The notes below the pieces were generated by a model. It did no database searches. It saw nothing but the letters and a program-made list of their open reading frames with translations, and had not been told where the DNA came from. From the NCBI RefSeq assembly GCF_022539665.2, contig NC_081332.1:434001-498000 (forward strand): DNA of 64,000 bases, read 5' to 3'. Below are positions 46,422 through 59,171 of this stretch, piece by piece. Source of the stretch: Daphnia carinata. Lineage: Eukaryota. Position 1 is the first letter of the stretch. Each line of letters starts with the position of its first letter. Both the position numbers and the translations under genes were made by a program.

Positions 46422-47690
46422 TCAGACTGGATGCATGGGAATGGATTCGGAAGATGTTGAACGTTTTGGCGGGCGACAGCATATGATCCGTATGATCTTG
46501 AAGAGGCCGCAACTGTAGCAGATGCGTAGGAAGAGTAGTACCAGGATGCATAAGATGCCGGTGAAGAAGTAATTCTCGATTGTTTCCCACCACGATGTAT
46601 AGGTTCCGACACCAGAAGCCGTCACGAAAATGTTTGTAGCACTAGGTCTACTCTGGAACGTGAATTCTGACGATTGATGTTCATTTATCACGGCAGCTAT
46701 ATCGGCCATGATGTTCATATGGTTAAGCATGTTGTCGGTATATGCCGGGTTACTCTGATGCTCATAGTCGAAAAATTCGACGTTTTCGTAACGGAAAGAG
46801 TGTGCGAGCGTTTGTTCAGGCAACACAATTGTGGCTTCGATTTGTTCCCAGGTATTGTTGCTGAAAGCATAGTGCTTGTCATTAAAGTTGACAAATCCAT
46901 TCGTCCAATAGCAAGGGGAATATTTTACAAGTTCGCAGCCATCGAGGTTAATTGTATAATTTTGGAATTTTGGTTGCGGTCCGCAAGAAGTCAATATAGT
47001 CTCAAATGTGACATTTAAGGCTTTACATTGAATCAATACGACCGTCTTTCCGAATGCTTGTAGTTTTGTGCACCGGGGTAAATTTAATTGTGAGGCGGCT
47101 AACCATCCATTATATTGAGCAGTTGTAACGGCTCTTTCATGTTTGGCTTTGCGGGCGTCACATTGTACTAATTGAAGTTGTCGTGCCAATTCGTTTTCAT
47201 GATCGGTGAGTTGATCACGAATATATTGGATATTCGCGGGTATGTTTAAATTTTCCACGCCAAGTGGCGTTTGGGTCTCCAATGTTGTTGAATTTTCCAT
47301 GAGGGCTACAGTCGTAACGAAGAGTTTGGATTGGCCGACGATTTTAGAGTTTGGAAGAAGTCCTATTGGAGCATTTTCGCTGTATTGAAACGCAGCGCAG
47401 TACCGGTGTCAGATGGAAGTCTAGTTGATTTTTGTCGTCTTCGAGTCTGAAAATTTGTTTTTCTCCTGGCAATCGTGTCAGCATACCGATGTCGTCTTGG
47501 ACGAGTCTGGTAGTTACTTTAGTTTTCTGGGTGTAGGTTTTGTCCCAAATCAGTGTTAAATGATTGTGTGACAAATTGCCTGACGCAGCAGAAGCATTTC
47601 CGATAGGTGTTGAGAAGTCCGCATCCTCCTTTTGTTGGAAAAGTTCAACTTTTTCGAGAACACAGTTTATGATTGTCGAATCGATGCTCG
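46422..47690 (-). pseudogene. env: env of A3 (5'-deleted, frameshifted) class III glycoprotein
   Basis: 292-aa C-terminal ORF closely similar to A2 env incl. TM. Confidence 0.8.
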
Positions 47691-48121
47691 GATCGGGCTT
47701 CTTAAAACTAAGTAAAATATAGAGAAAAGTAAGAAAAGTGAAAGTAAAAAATATTGTACGGCTTAGAAAAGTCAACGGGGTTTTTTTTCTCCGTCGGCTT
47801 TACTAGCTGGCTACGGCAAGAAGGGAGAAGGAAAAAGGGCACTGGAATATAGTTGTGTTTTGAGGGGGAAGGACAACTTATTTTCATAGTATTTCGTATC
47901 GTTGGGAAGAAGAAATGGTAACCTTAATTATCGAAAATAGAAAATAAGAAAATATAGAATAGCTTATCGGGGAAGACAAGAAAACAAACGTTAAAAGTTT
48001 GCGACGGAAAGAAAATCTGCTGCGAAGGTCCAAGGTCCAAGAGTAGTATTAGTTCCAGGAAAAGGGAGGCGGCGCTAATACTGTACTCTCAGTGTGGGCT
48101 ATGGACAAGCTGCAGGCCTAA

Positions 48122-48218
48122 GGCGCTGAACTCACAATGTTTTTTTCCTGTGACAGCTAATAGTTTGCTGTAAAAGCAGACGCATTTCTGTCTGCTTTTA
48201 CGTAGTGAGTTCAGCGCC
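48122..48218. mobile_element. 97-bp MITE-like element (PIF/Harbinger-like)
   Basis: perfect 14-bp TIR GGCGCTGAACTCAC; flanks TAA/TCA; inner palindrome GTAAAAGCAGA/TCTGCTTTTAC. Confidence 0.5.
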
Positions 48219-48229
48219 TCAGGTAGGAA

Positions 48230-48687
48230 TAAGACAAACTATTTTTGACGGGAAAAACTTAGTACCGTCTTCGCTTAAAAAAATTCCCTTTCCTAAAATA
48301 ATTTAAATTTAGTGATATTATTAAAAGGGGATATAGTTTAATGAATATGCTATTGATTGATGTAATGACGAAGTCTGGGAAACATTTCCTTGTATGAAAA
48401 AAAAATTTCTAAAAAACGGGGTAGTGCCATTAGGTATCCCGTACGCTAAACGCGGTGTTCGGTTAATACATGACTAGCCTGCTAGTCAATCAATCTTATA
48501 GATAAAAAATTGAAAAAAATTGCGCTAGATAGGGGATTATTTAATTAACACCTGGGCGTTTTTTAATTTTTTTATCTTCATTTTTTCTGTCCCTTTTTTG
48601 CATTTGCTCAAGTCTCCTTCCGCCATAAGACGCCATGTTAAATGGCCCCAAAAACCCCTAGTGTTCCGACACTTTTGGAGGGTACTG
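48230..48687. mobile_element. Tc1/mariner-like terminal fragment (left boundary uncertain)
   Basis: minus-strand TA-CAGTACCCTCCAAAAGTGTCGGAAC resembles Tc1-family TIR ends. Confidence 0.45.
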
Positions 48688-49191
48688 TATATTTTCTTTT
48701 TATATGTATATGTATATCGGTTGTAAGGATCATGATATACCGCTTAAGTGTATATCGTATCATTATCCCCCCTTTTTTTTTTCTTTCTCTCTTTTTTTTT
48801 CCAAGACAAATGGTTATTTACCTACAGTGTTTATTTACTTTGCATAAAAGCATATAAGGATAAAGCGAATAATAGCATGTGATACTGTAGCAGTATGTTG
48901 TATTGACGGTTCACAAGACTAAGACTGAGACCTGATACACGACCACGGGGGACTATATAAGGGGGAAAACACTGACGTCATACGTCCGGGTAGCATTGCA
49001 TACTAACCGGATCACATAACGTGGTCATTGACCACGTGACATCCCCCCCTCTAGCTGCATTCGGCCCCGAATGCATTGCTAAAAAACAAACAACACAAAA
49101 AAAAGGTATAAACCGAAAGAAAACCGGGGACACTGCTACATGGTACAGGCCACATGACACCCCCCCCCCCCCCCCCACAAAAAAATCATCC

Positions 49192-51236
49192 TCATGCCAG
49201 ATGCTCAAGGGACGACTCCAGCTTGTGCAGTGTCGTCAAGCAAGCCTCTTCATGCGCTGCCATACGATTGTCTATTTCCGTAAGGCAATGCATGGTGTTC
49301 CACCGCCGCGCGCGTCGCTTCTCAGCTTCTTCCTCGACGAACTCCTCCACCATCCGTAGGCGTTTCCGAAGGTCGGCCATATTAACGTCTCCTTTTCTCC
49401 CTCGGCACCACTGGATACTGCACACAGCCACACTGACCATAAACAACGCTGCTCCCACACCCCATAGCTCGAATGGATATTTATGATGTTCCGCTGCTCG
49501 TTTTTCCCTCTCCGAGTCGTCTACTTCCAAAGCACGGATAGTGTTACCAAAACTAGCTGCGTTCTTCAGACTGCCGCCGATCCGTTTCAAGGGCGCCTCT
49601 AATGAAGCCTGCAGCGATGAGTTCGTAGATTTCCCGCTCGTCATGCTTCCTTGTTGTTGGGCGTCTGTAGCTACAGCCCAGTTTACCCCTTTTAGACGTG
49701 GCACAAAGTCGTTCCCCTTCCTAGTGGATGATAACGAGTGTTGCCTACTGGCCTGCAAAATCCACTCATCAGTTTGAATGGAGCAACCGTGTGGGATTTC
49801 GACAATGCCGACCAACGGCAGCTCTGCTTTCGAAGAATCCCTCGAATCTGTCTGTTGAGGACACTCCATTACAAGAGAGCGTAGATTATTCATTGATACT
49901 GCCCATGTCCGGTGGCCCAGGTAAATGGCTTCAGGTTCTCTCCATTCTACTACAACATGATCGCACTCCGTCTTCTTTTTGTCAGTATCCTGCAGGAACA
50001 GCGCCATCACACAAGTCTTCTTAAAATTTTTCCGGTAGATAGCTTTACTGGGCGGACATACCGAGCTCGCCCTTCCCTGGCAAGAGCGTACCTTGGTTTC
50101 CGTCAGTTCAATAAATGTTTGCTGATCCCGCCCTACCGCCAGAATGCGGGAATGGGTGCGTAATGAAGACCCGCGTTACCTGCAGCACTAAACACTGGCA
50201 ACACAAGTGTTCGATATAACTCAAATGTCTTAGTAATAATCTCAATTATTGGCAGATGAATGAATAGCCGAAGCCCGTTTGTTGTGGCCGCTACGACGAC
50301 CCGGGCTTCCTGGTATGCCCTCCACAGGTCACCATTCTGCAAAGCAGGTGTTAGTGCCCAACCCATCGCCAAAGAAGCTCGAATTTCTTTAAGAACCGAT
50401 CGCAGTTGAGTAGGTGGGAAAAGTTCCGGGGGTAGGTTGCCGGTTGCCAACAGGGCGAAACCAATACCGATGTCCTCCAATGCCATGCTGGCCCAGTCTA
50501 GAACTCTCTGAGCAGCTCGAAAGGCTTCGTCCACCCTCGTCGTCATAATCACTTGACTCTCTAGGGCGTTCACGGCACTCACCACATTCTGTCTCCATTT
50601 GTTGAATTCCTTCTCCAGTGATTGGTGCGCTCTGTCCAGCTGCTGCATGGCCAGTACATGTTCCCCTAGTTCTCGTAATGTCTCATTCACTAACGTTGCT
50701 TGATGAGCCACCGCACTCACTATCCCCGACGTTTCTCCTCCCAAGGCCTGCAGCTGACCATTAAGTTCTTCTAGATCTTGACTTGTCGCCACCCCAAACA
50801 GCCATTGCAGTGCGGTACCGCCGACGTCGATAATACCTCTCTTGGCCCTCCTGGGCCCTCCGGCCACCGCCTCCCGCAGCGTGTCGTACCGTTCACGTAC
50901 AAGTCCAAATAGCTCCAACCCGTCCGTCGCCCTTTCCACCATCTGCGCCCGTAACCGTGCACTCCATTTCGTTTCCTTCGCCTGCGATTCTTTCTTCTTG
51001 GCCGAGTCGGTGAACCAAAGGTGCAGTTTGTTCAGGGCGTTTTTTATGGGTCCGAACGAGACATCGGTCACTACTACCCACTCCGAGTCACTAAAGAAGA
51101 CCTCCCCTTGTAAATGGAATATTACTCCATCCCTCACAAAAGCCTCTTGGGAATGTCCTTGACTGGGTTGTACCCCCATCAGCGGTCCCAGTAGTCCTAG
51201 CAGAAGGAGAAGAGCCCCTACTGCCGCCTGCGGCAT
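49192..51236 (-). pseudogene. env: env, baculovirus F / errantivirus-type class I fusion protein (frameshift ~50140)
   Basis: signal-like AVGALLLLLGLLG, furin site RRAKR followed by fusion peptide GIIDVGGTALQWLFGVATSQD, heptad region, Cys-rich part, TM LWGVGAALFMVSVAVC. Confidence 0.85.
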
Positions 51237-54179
51237 TTGTACGTATCGTACCGGTGGCATCCGGGCTCGTGTCGATCGACGCATCTGATCTTCAACCCTT
51301 TCACTTCGAGCTTCTTGCACCTCCTCGTCCCGCGGTAAAGTCTCTCTAGTTTCGGCCTCTCTGACAAATATTTTCATTTTCACCACGTGCACCAGTTCTG
51401 TCTGTCGACCACTTGGTCTCTTTACTTCGTAATTTAATGCCGACGCCCGGTGTACCACCACGAATGGTCCTAGCCACCGGTGAAGTAACTTTTCGGCTCT
51501 CCGCACCTTCCGGAACGGCTTGTACACCAATACTTCTTCCCCTGGGCTGAATTCCGGTGTAGCTCTTCGAGTTGCGTCATAGTACCGCTTCTGCCGTTCT
51601 TGTACCTGTACCAATCGTTCTTTCACCATCTTTCTCGCGGTTTCCAAATTCCGGGCCAGCGTATCAGGATCCTCTGCAAGAGACGTCGCGCGTACTCCCA
51701 TCACTACATCCGCCGGCAACCGCGCTTCTCTGCCGTAGAGAAGGTAAAAAGGTGTCTTTCCGGTCGATTCCTGAACACTAGAGTTGTACGCGAATGTAAT
51801 ATAGGGCAGAATGTCGTCCCAGTTAGTGTGTGTGCTGTTTATATACATCGATAGCATGTCCCCCAATGTGTGGTTTAGTCTTTCTACCAGGCCGCTTGCC
51901 TGGGGATGATAAGGAGTTGTCGTTCTATGGTCCACCTCCATTAGACGCATGACTTCCTTTGTGAACTCCGCGACGAAACACTTTCCACAGTCGGTAACCA
52001 CCCCCTCCGGCGCCCCATGCCGTAAGACAATCTCCTCGACGAAGAACTCAGCCGCGTCCCGGGCCGTCGCAGTTGGAACGGCCCTCGTCTCTGCCCACTT
52101 GGTGAGATAATCTACCGCAACGATGATATTCTTTTTGCCCCCCACCGACACGGGAAAAGGCCCCAATATGTCCATCCCAACTTTTTCGAAAGGTCTCTCC
52201 ACGCGGATGATTTCCATGTGTCCCTGAGGTTCTACTGGCGGATTTTTTCTTGCCTGACACTACGGACATGCCCGCACGTAGTTTAGTACCTGCTGTCGTA
52301 AGCGTGGCCAGTAGTATCTTTCCTCTATCCGCCCTAGCGTCCTCTTCACCCCTAAGTGCGCAGCCCAACGATCGCCATGGTATGCGTCTAAAATCTCCAA
52401 CCGTTGATCCGGGGGTACGCATAGACGCAACCTCATTCCTTGTTTACCCAAGGTTCGGCGATGCAGTAGTCCATTAATCAGCACGAAATTTTTGTAGGCC
52501 ACGGCTGTACTCCTTTCCAGTTGCCTGCGTACCTCCACCCATCCCGGGACTGCTCCTTGCATCTCCCTCGTCCAACGACGCTCCTCCTCCCATGCTGTCG
52601 TGTATACCGGTAGCAGGTCCTCTTCGTCGTCCTTGTCTTCTATCCCATCCATCGGATACCGAGATAGTGCATCAGCGTCCTCATGGAGCCGCCCACTTTT
52701 ATACACAATTTCAGGCTGATAGTTCTGTTTGGACAATGCCCACCGTGCCAATCTGCCCGCCAAATCCTTCTTTGTTGTTAACCAACAAAGGGCATTGTGG
52801 TCCGTCACCACTTTCACCTTTGTCCCCCAGATGTAGCTGTGGAATTTCTTCACCGCCCAAACCAGGGCTAAGCACTCCTTCTCCGTAATGGAATAATTTC
52901 GCTCTGTTCGTGATAATAGCCTGCTGGCAAAGGCAACTGGCCTCTCCCCTTTCTCCCCCTTCTGTACTAAGGCCGCCCCGGTCCCGTATTCGCAAGCGTC
53001 GGGATGGATTTCGAAGGACTTTGTGTTATCCCGGTACGCCAACTGCGCAGCTCCCATTAGCGCGTTCATTAAAGCCTCGAAGCTTTCCATGGCCTCCTCC
53101 CCCCCAGGTAAATTTTTTTTTTCGCCCACAAGATCGTGTAGCGGGCTGGCGATTTTCGCGAATCCGTCGATAAATCTTCTATAGTACGAACACATGCCTA
53201 GAAACGCCCTTATGTTCTTCACTTTCGACGCTCTGGAACCATCCACCGAAGGGTGCGGGAAGTCTCTCACTGCCTGCACTTGCTTCGGATCCGGTGAAAC
53301 CCCATTTTTACCCACGATATATCCCAACGCCCGTAGTTGTGGCTGGGCAAACGTACATTTTTCCACCTTCACTTTTAGATTTGCCCCTTTCAGACGTCCC
53401 AGTAACCCGCGCAGCCCTTGCACGTGTTCGTCCACCGACCGAGAGTACACTACAATATCGTCCAGATAAACTAGACACGTTGTCCATCTGAGACCACTTA
53501 ATACCACGTCCATCATTCTTTGAAAAGTTCCGGGTGCCGAACACAGCCCCATTGCCATCACCTTAAATTGGTACAGCCCATCCGCTGTGACGAACGCCGT
53601 TTTCGGACGGTCTCTTTCCTTAATGGGCACTTGCCAGTATCCTGACTGCAAATCCATGATTGAAAAGAACGCCGCACCTTCCAATCGTGCCAGAGTCTCC
53701 TCTATCCTCGGTAGCGGATACACATCACTTATTGTCACTGCATTTAGGCGCCGGTAATTAACACAAAATCTCCACGTCCCGTCCTTCTTTCTGACCAGGA
53801 CCACCGCCGCTCCCCATGGACTGTTCGAGGGTTTGATAACTCCTGCTTTCTCCATTTCCTTGCACTGAGCTTCTATAATGATTCTCTCCTTCCATGCCCG
53901 AGCATGGGGTGATTGCCGAATTGGTTTTGCTTCCCCGGTATCTATTGTATGCTCTGCTGCCGTACACAGTCCTAGTTGGTCTTCGGGCCACGAAAAACAG
54001 TCGCCATATTCTACTAACACTTCTCGGATCTTTTCTCTGTCTGTCGGCGCTAATCCTTCTCCAATCCTGCTTTCAAATTCGTGTTCCCGAAGCGCTTCCT
54101 TCTCTGCTCCTGCTGTCACGACGGCTCCTGGCGTGTTTCCTTCCTTGATTTCGGTCACCGGCTCGATTATTCCTAACAC
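51237..54179 (-). pseudogene. pol: RT-RNase H-integrase of family B (frameshift ~52260)
   Basis: WRFCVNYRRLN, YLDD, DACEYG, EKECLALVWAV, GMDILGPF, ERLNHTL, RWLGPF. Confidence 0.95.
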
Positions 54180-54220
54180 CGTCCCCTCTTCAATCCATTG
54201 TTGGTGGTCCGATAAGTTGG

Positions 54221-56176
54221 TTATCGCATCTGTCCGATTGTTCCCATGCCGCTAACCAGGACCTTTCCCGTCGACACCCTTTTCGTCCTCTGCAATGCTT
54301 GGGATGGCTCCACCAGTGCACTTTCGCCAAACCCTTTCAAATCTAGTGGTTGAGTTGCGACCACTTTCATCAATCGGGGTGGGACCCAGCATCCTTTCTG
54401 GACTACTAGTTTCGGTGCTTCCTCCATCGTCTCCTCCACCAGTGCTCCGAGGGCAATGTCTCCAATGAAGATCTCCGGTAGCGCCCCAATCTTCATCCGA
54501 GTTCCAAACTTTTCCAACATGTCCTTCCCCAGAAGTAAGTCGATGTCGCCGTCCAGAACCAAAGCCTCCCCCTCGACGGTCATCCTCCCATCCGATACTG
54601 ACAGTCTTGCGGCTCCTCCCGGTCGAATCTCCTTGCCGTCAACTGATACTAGACGACTTGCGCGCCATGGTGTCACTGTTATCCCTAGTTCTCTCACTAA
54701 TTTGGGCGAACACACGGACACTACCGCCCCTGTGTCTATCACGGCAGCCACCCGTTTTCCCCAGCACAACACATCCAGTACTACCATCCTCTGGATGTCG
54801 ATTTTCAGAATTGGCCATGCTAGCACCTCCGGGTCTCCATGCTCTGTCCCTACTAGACCAATTACTTGCTTACCCTCTCCAGCGAATCGCACCTGCCGTT
54901 GCTGTTGTGGTGCCCCTCCTTCTCGCTGGGAGCTCGGGCAGTCGCGACGCATGTGTGCTATCCCTTCACACCCGTAGTATACGACCTGTCCGTCCGGCGT
55001 CCGACCCCTCAGGCCTCCCTGACCGTTTGCTCTTGTTGGACACTCTCTCCCGATGTGCCCCTCCGTCTTACATCTGCTGCAGATAGGTTTCCCCTCCGGA
55101 GTCCATTTCAGTATCGATCGGTTATCCGACCGATACTGTTGACTCTCCGCTCTTTCTCCTTGCTGTGCGGCTGCCCCTGATGCGTTCCTTGATGCCACGG
55201 CTCCCATTAGTCCCTCTAGCAATTTTTCTATTCGGTCCATTCTCTCACTTCCCGTCGTTGGTGTTTGTTTTCCGACCACGCCCATCGCCCATTCCTCGTG
55301 TCTCGCTCGGGACGTCATTTCCTGATACCGCTTAATTTCTTGGAGGAATTCGTCACATGAGTTGGGTTTCAAACTCCAGAGTTTCTCTAGTAAACTTGGC
55401 TTGAGTCCTCTGCATAGGTGCGCCAATTTCGTAGCTTCGGTCATATTCGGGTCTACTCTGCGGCATAAATCCAGGATGTCGTAAAAATACTCGATCGTGG
55501 ATTCCTCGATTCCTTGTTTGCGTTCTCTCAGATTCGCTTCATTGAATCGGTTCTGATTGACTGGCTTGAATTGCTCCAACAACTGTGTTTTAACTCCTGG
55601 TACAACTGGTGGTCCTGCAACATCCTCCCATTCGGCTGCTAGTTGTCCCGCGGCCTCTTTGTATGAGTACCACTTCTGCGCTGCCTCGGACAGCGACAGC
55701 TCCACGCGGTCACGAGGTTCTTCATTTCCCCATCGATTATACCTTCCGATTCTCTCGTATCGATGCATCCACTGCACGACGTCTTTCCCGTCCTTCCCCC
55801 CGAAGGTGGGTGGGGATTGGAATTTCATCTGTGCGGCCATCGCGTGCCTTGCGCCCCCTTGCTGTTGAGCTGCTCCGAATCCCCGGATGAAGCTGCTGAT
55901 ATTCGATGATCTTCTTCTGAAATCCGCGAAATCCCACTCTGGCTGCTCTTCTCCATGTTCACCCGATCCTTCTTCCTCTTCGGCGTCCTCCCACCGCTCA
56001 GTTTCCTCCTCACTGAATGTGAGATGATACTCCTGCCGAACGGATGCCGGTCGCTGCTCCTGTTCGTTAGCCCCGTCCTCTATTTCCCCTCGCTCTTCCG
56101 TTCCTCTTTCCCCCGAGCGTCTCGGATTCTCTCCCCGCTCCTTACGTCCTCTTCTCCTATCATCTACCTCCCGCAA
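54221..56176 (-). CDS. gag: gag-protease of family B
   Basis: PPTFGG..W, RKQGIEESTIEYF, CSRCKTEGHIGREC, VIDTGA in one frame. Confidence 0.9.
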   Translation of the reverse strand: MREVDDRRRGRKERGENPRRSGERGTEERGEIEDGANEQEQRPASVRQEYHLTFSEEETERWEDAEEEEGSGEHGEEQPEWDFADFRRRSSNISSFIRGFGAAQQQGGARHAMAAQMKFQSPPTFGGKDGKDVVQWMHRYERIGRYNRWGNEEPRDRVELSLSEAAQKWYSYKEAAGQLAAEWEDVAGPPVVPGVKTQLLEQFKPVNQNRFNEANLRERKQGIEESTIEYFYDILDLCRRVDPNMTEATKLAHLCRGLKPSLLEKLWSLKPNSCDEFLQEIKRYQEMTSRARHEEWAMGVVGKQTPTTGSERMDRIEKLLEGLMGAVASRNASGAAAQQGERAESQQYRSDNRSILKWTPEGKPICSRCKTEGHIGRECPTRANGQGGLRGRTPDGQVVYYGCEGIAHMRRDCPSSQREGGAPQQQRQVRFAGEGKQVIGLVGTEHGDPEVLAWPILKIDIQRMVVLDVLCWGKRVAAVIDTGAVVSVCSPKLVRELGITVTPWRASRLVSVDGKEIRPGGAARLSVSDGRMTVEGEALVLDGDIDLLLGKDMLEKFGTRMKIGALPEIFIGDIALGALVEETMEEAPKLVVQKGCWVPPRLMKVVATQPLDLKGFGESALVEPSQALQRTKRVSTGKVLVSGMGTIGQMR

Positions 56177-56189
56177 CCTCGCACCGCTT

Positions 56190-56385
56190 GTTTCTTGCCG
56201 AACTCTTCGGCTCCCGGTTCACTCCTCCGCTTCTTGCCCAACACTTCGGCTCACGGTTACTTCTCCGCTTCTTGCCGAACATTTCGGCTCACGGTTCACT
56301 GCCCCGATCCTTGCCAAACACTTCGGATCACGGTTACTTCTCCGCTTCTTGCCGAAATCTTCGGCTCACGGTTCACTGCCCCGCC
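56190..56385. repeat. ~32-bp imperfect tandem repeats in family B leader
   Basis: TTCGG(C/A)TC(A/C)CGGTT recurs six times. Confidence 0.8.
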
Positions 56386-56920
56386 TTAGCCCTTTTCCCC
56401 GTTTTTTTTCCCCGGCGTCTCTCCTTCGTTATGCTTCCCCCGATTGCCCTACGGTCGAAGCCCTGACCCCGTACCCCAACAATTTAAGGTGCTAAGACCA
56501 GTTGGGTCGTCGACTCTCAGGGGTCCCTGACAGCCACCGCCTCCGTAGCACAGAATCGAACAGAAATACAACCACAAAAGAGACTTACCAGAGGTTTTGC
56601 ATCTCCACCATGTAGCAGTATGTTGTATTGGCGGTTCACAAGACTAAGACTGAGACCTGATATACGACCACGGGGTACTATATAAGGGGGAAAACACTGA
56701 CGTCACACGTCCGGGTAGTATTGCATACTAACCGGATCACATAACGTGGTCATTGACCACGTGACAATATCAATAAAGGAAAACGTAAAAGTAAATATAA
56801 TGAACATAAAAAAAATTGAAAGGGAAGCTTGAGGGAATACAAGAAAAAAACACACTACAAGAAAGTTAAAATGGATAGAATGGAAAAATTTCTTCTTTCT
56901 TCGTTTTCTTCAGTTGTTCC

Positions 56921-57426
56921 TCATTCGTTTAAGAGGTATTTTGGCCTTTTAGCATCAGGGCCCCCCTGGTGATCGTCTGCGCTGGATCTCTTCTGGGGCG
57001 AGTCCCAGTGGCACGAAGTCCATCCATAGAGTGGCGGGTGGCGCCTTTCCGGGTCCAAATCGAGGATCGCCTTTAAGGCGTCAACGGCTTCACGCCATTT
57101 TCCATGTAGATTCGGTTGAGGAGAACTCCAGTCAGCTTGTTGGTTCTGCCTTCTGGTCGTCTCTTCTCACGGGCTGCTTCACGAAGCCAATCTTGTGCGT
57201 CTTGCTTTTCGCGGACCCCCCCCCCCCCCCCTTGGCTCAACTCTAAGGCGTCTTGCATGTCGAACGGCGCCGGCGAGTCCCTGGCCACGGTCTCCCCGTC
57301 GTCGGACGTCGATGGAGACGCCAGGTCTACAACGACGATTTCTTGGAAAGGCAGCGGAATCGCCACCATTGGGGTCCAGGTGCTGCTAACATCGGGCGCA
57401 GAAATGGACTCAGGGTTGTTCTCCAT
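56921..57426 (-). pseudogene. ORF-X of A3 (frameshift ~57100)
   Basis: EIVVVDLASPSTSDD ... then LKAILDLDPERRHPPLYGWTSCHWDSPQKR...AKRPKYL; TATATAAA at 57547-57554. Confidence 0.85.
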
Positions 57427-58791
57427 GCTTGTCTCTTACACTCTTCTAATTTTTTCGTGAGACAATAAAAAAACTGACGGAACAGCTAGCTTCGTTGTTC
57501 TCGGAGAGTACAAAGAAATTGTGTTTTTTCTTCACTTAACGCACGGTTTATATAGTAGTCCACTTGTTATTGTTTTGGCAATAGAAAATTGCGCAGTTTG
57601 ATGCCATTACATTTCATCACTGTAACGAATCGGTTTCCTCCTATTTCGCTGTAGACGTCGGTTTACATTTTTTGATGCGTTGACGCAGCGTATATAGGAT
57701 CATTTTCCGGAAATGTTGTTGGATGCTGTTGATTTTCCGCAACATCGCAACTGTCATTTGAGGGCAATGCTCTTCGATCGACAGATGAGACTGTCCGATC
57801 AGATTTTCTCCTCGCACAAGTTGTTGACCCATTGAATTGGTGTCTGATATCAATTCTGACACGGCGTTGGATGCAATATTTTGTTGTCTTGCGGCCTCGT
57901 CATCGAGCTCGTGTTCACAAACATATGTTGTTTGAGTCGCAATTGACTTGCGGAATGGATTCTCAAATTCCGAGGGGGTCTCTAGTGGCGGGCAATGCTC
58001 ATGTTTCCATAGCATTGTTTCGTACAAAGGATTTAATCTATTTACATGCGTACGCTGACATATGTACGAATTATCAGCGATATCTACTGTATTATTCGAA
58101 TAAACTTTTACTATTCTATAAGGCCCTTTATATTTTGAAGTAAATTTCTTACTATCTCCTTCTTTAACTACCCGAATATCCAATAACACCCGATCGCCTA
58201 TCGCGTATCGATTTTCTTTCGCGCGCTTGTTATATTGTTCCCTCTGGCGCTTCCTAGCTTTTTCGCTTTCTTCTCTAACCCTTTGGAAACTATATCGCAA
58301 ACGGTCTGTTAAATTTCCTACATAATCGGAAGAAGACTTAAATACTTTGGGAGATGCATCAAGAAATTCATTAATAGGGATTTTTGGGTCTCTACCGTGG
58401 AGTAAATATTATGGGGTGTCAAGTGTCGAAGAGTGGACCGAGCTACGATAAGCGAACAAAACATCATCTAACATTTCTTCCTAATTACCATGTTCGCCGT
58501 CCTAATTCTTTCCTTAACATGGACGTCAAAGTTCCATTGAACCTGTCGTTCTCCCCATTACTAGCAGGGTTATAAGCGGTGGTTAATCGCTGATCAATTT
58601 TCAACTTTAAAAAAAAATAACGAAATAATTTTGACGTTAAATTTGTTCACGGTCAGAAAGAATTGCTTGAAGCATTCCATGTCAAACTATAATAGTTTTA
58701 TATACACGTTCTGCGGTTGTTTGAGCAGTCTAATCCTTTAAAGCAACAGCCTCAACCCAACGGCTAAAACAATCAGTGGTAACTAAAATAT

Positions 58792-59171
58792 TGTCGCGAG
58801 GAGAAAATAGTGACGTGGTTGTCATTTCTGAAAGGACGTGACAACCAACGATCAAATTGCGCACAATGCAGCTTCTCTTGAAAAGATGCTACAACACGCA
58901 GATAATTTGATAAAAGTTAGTTATTCTTAGAATTCATGTAACTCTAGAGATAGGGCGTATATCCTTAACGAGGGTATAAAAGTTCATACATTTCTAGCCC
59001 TAAGTTAGTTCTTTTCAAGTTCTCAAGTTCTCCCATACTCTTCGAGTTCTCCCTAGTTTTCTTCACGTTCAAGTTAAGTAAAACGCGTAGTAACTCTTCA
59101 TTTCTGATGTGCTTTGTATTTTCTGTTAGAAATCAATACATTTCATTTACAAAGTAAAGTCCAGTGTGACA
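58792..59171 (+). mobile_element. 380-bp solo LTR of a third family inserted in A3 integrase
   Basis: TGTC...GACA termini, ATAT target duplication (single ATAT at the homologous A2 site ~41159), TATAAAA on + near 58975. Confidence 0.85.

Larger units (their letters stand above)
48886..56766 (-). mobile_element. Full-length Ty3/gypsy family B element with F-type env, nested in A3
   Basis: 156-bp LTRs 48886-49041 and 56611-56766 (5 differences); flanks ATAC/ATAT; PBS TGGTGGAGATGC (tRNA-Ala 3' end); PPT AGAGGGGGGGA at 49042-49052. Confidence 0.96.

Noticed and set aside
49021..56466. Many + strand ORFs within family B
   Set aside because: Antisense shadows of GC-rich coding sequence; no recognisable motifs
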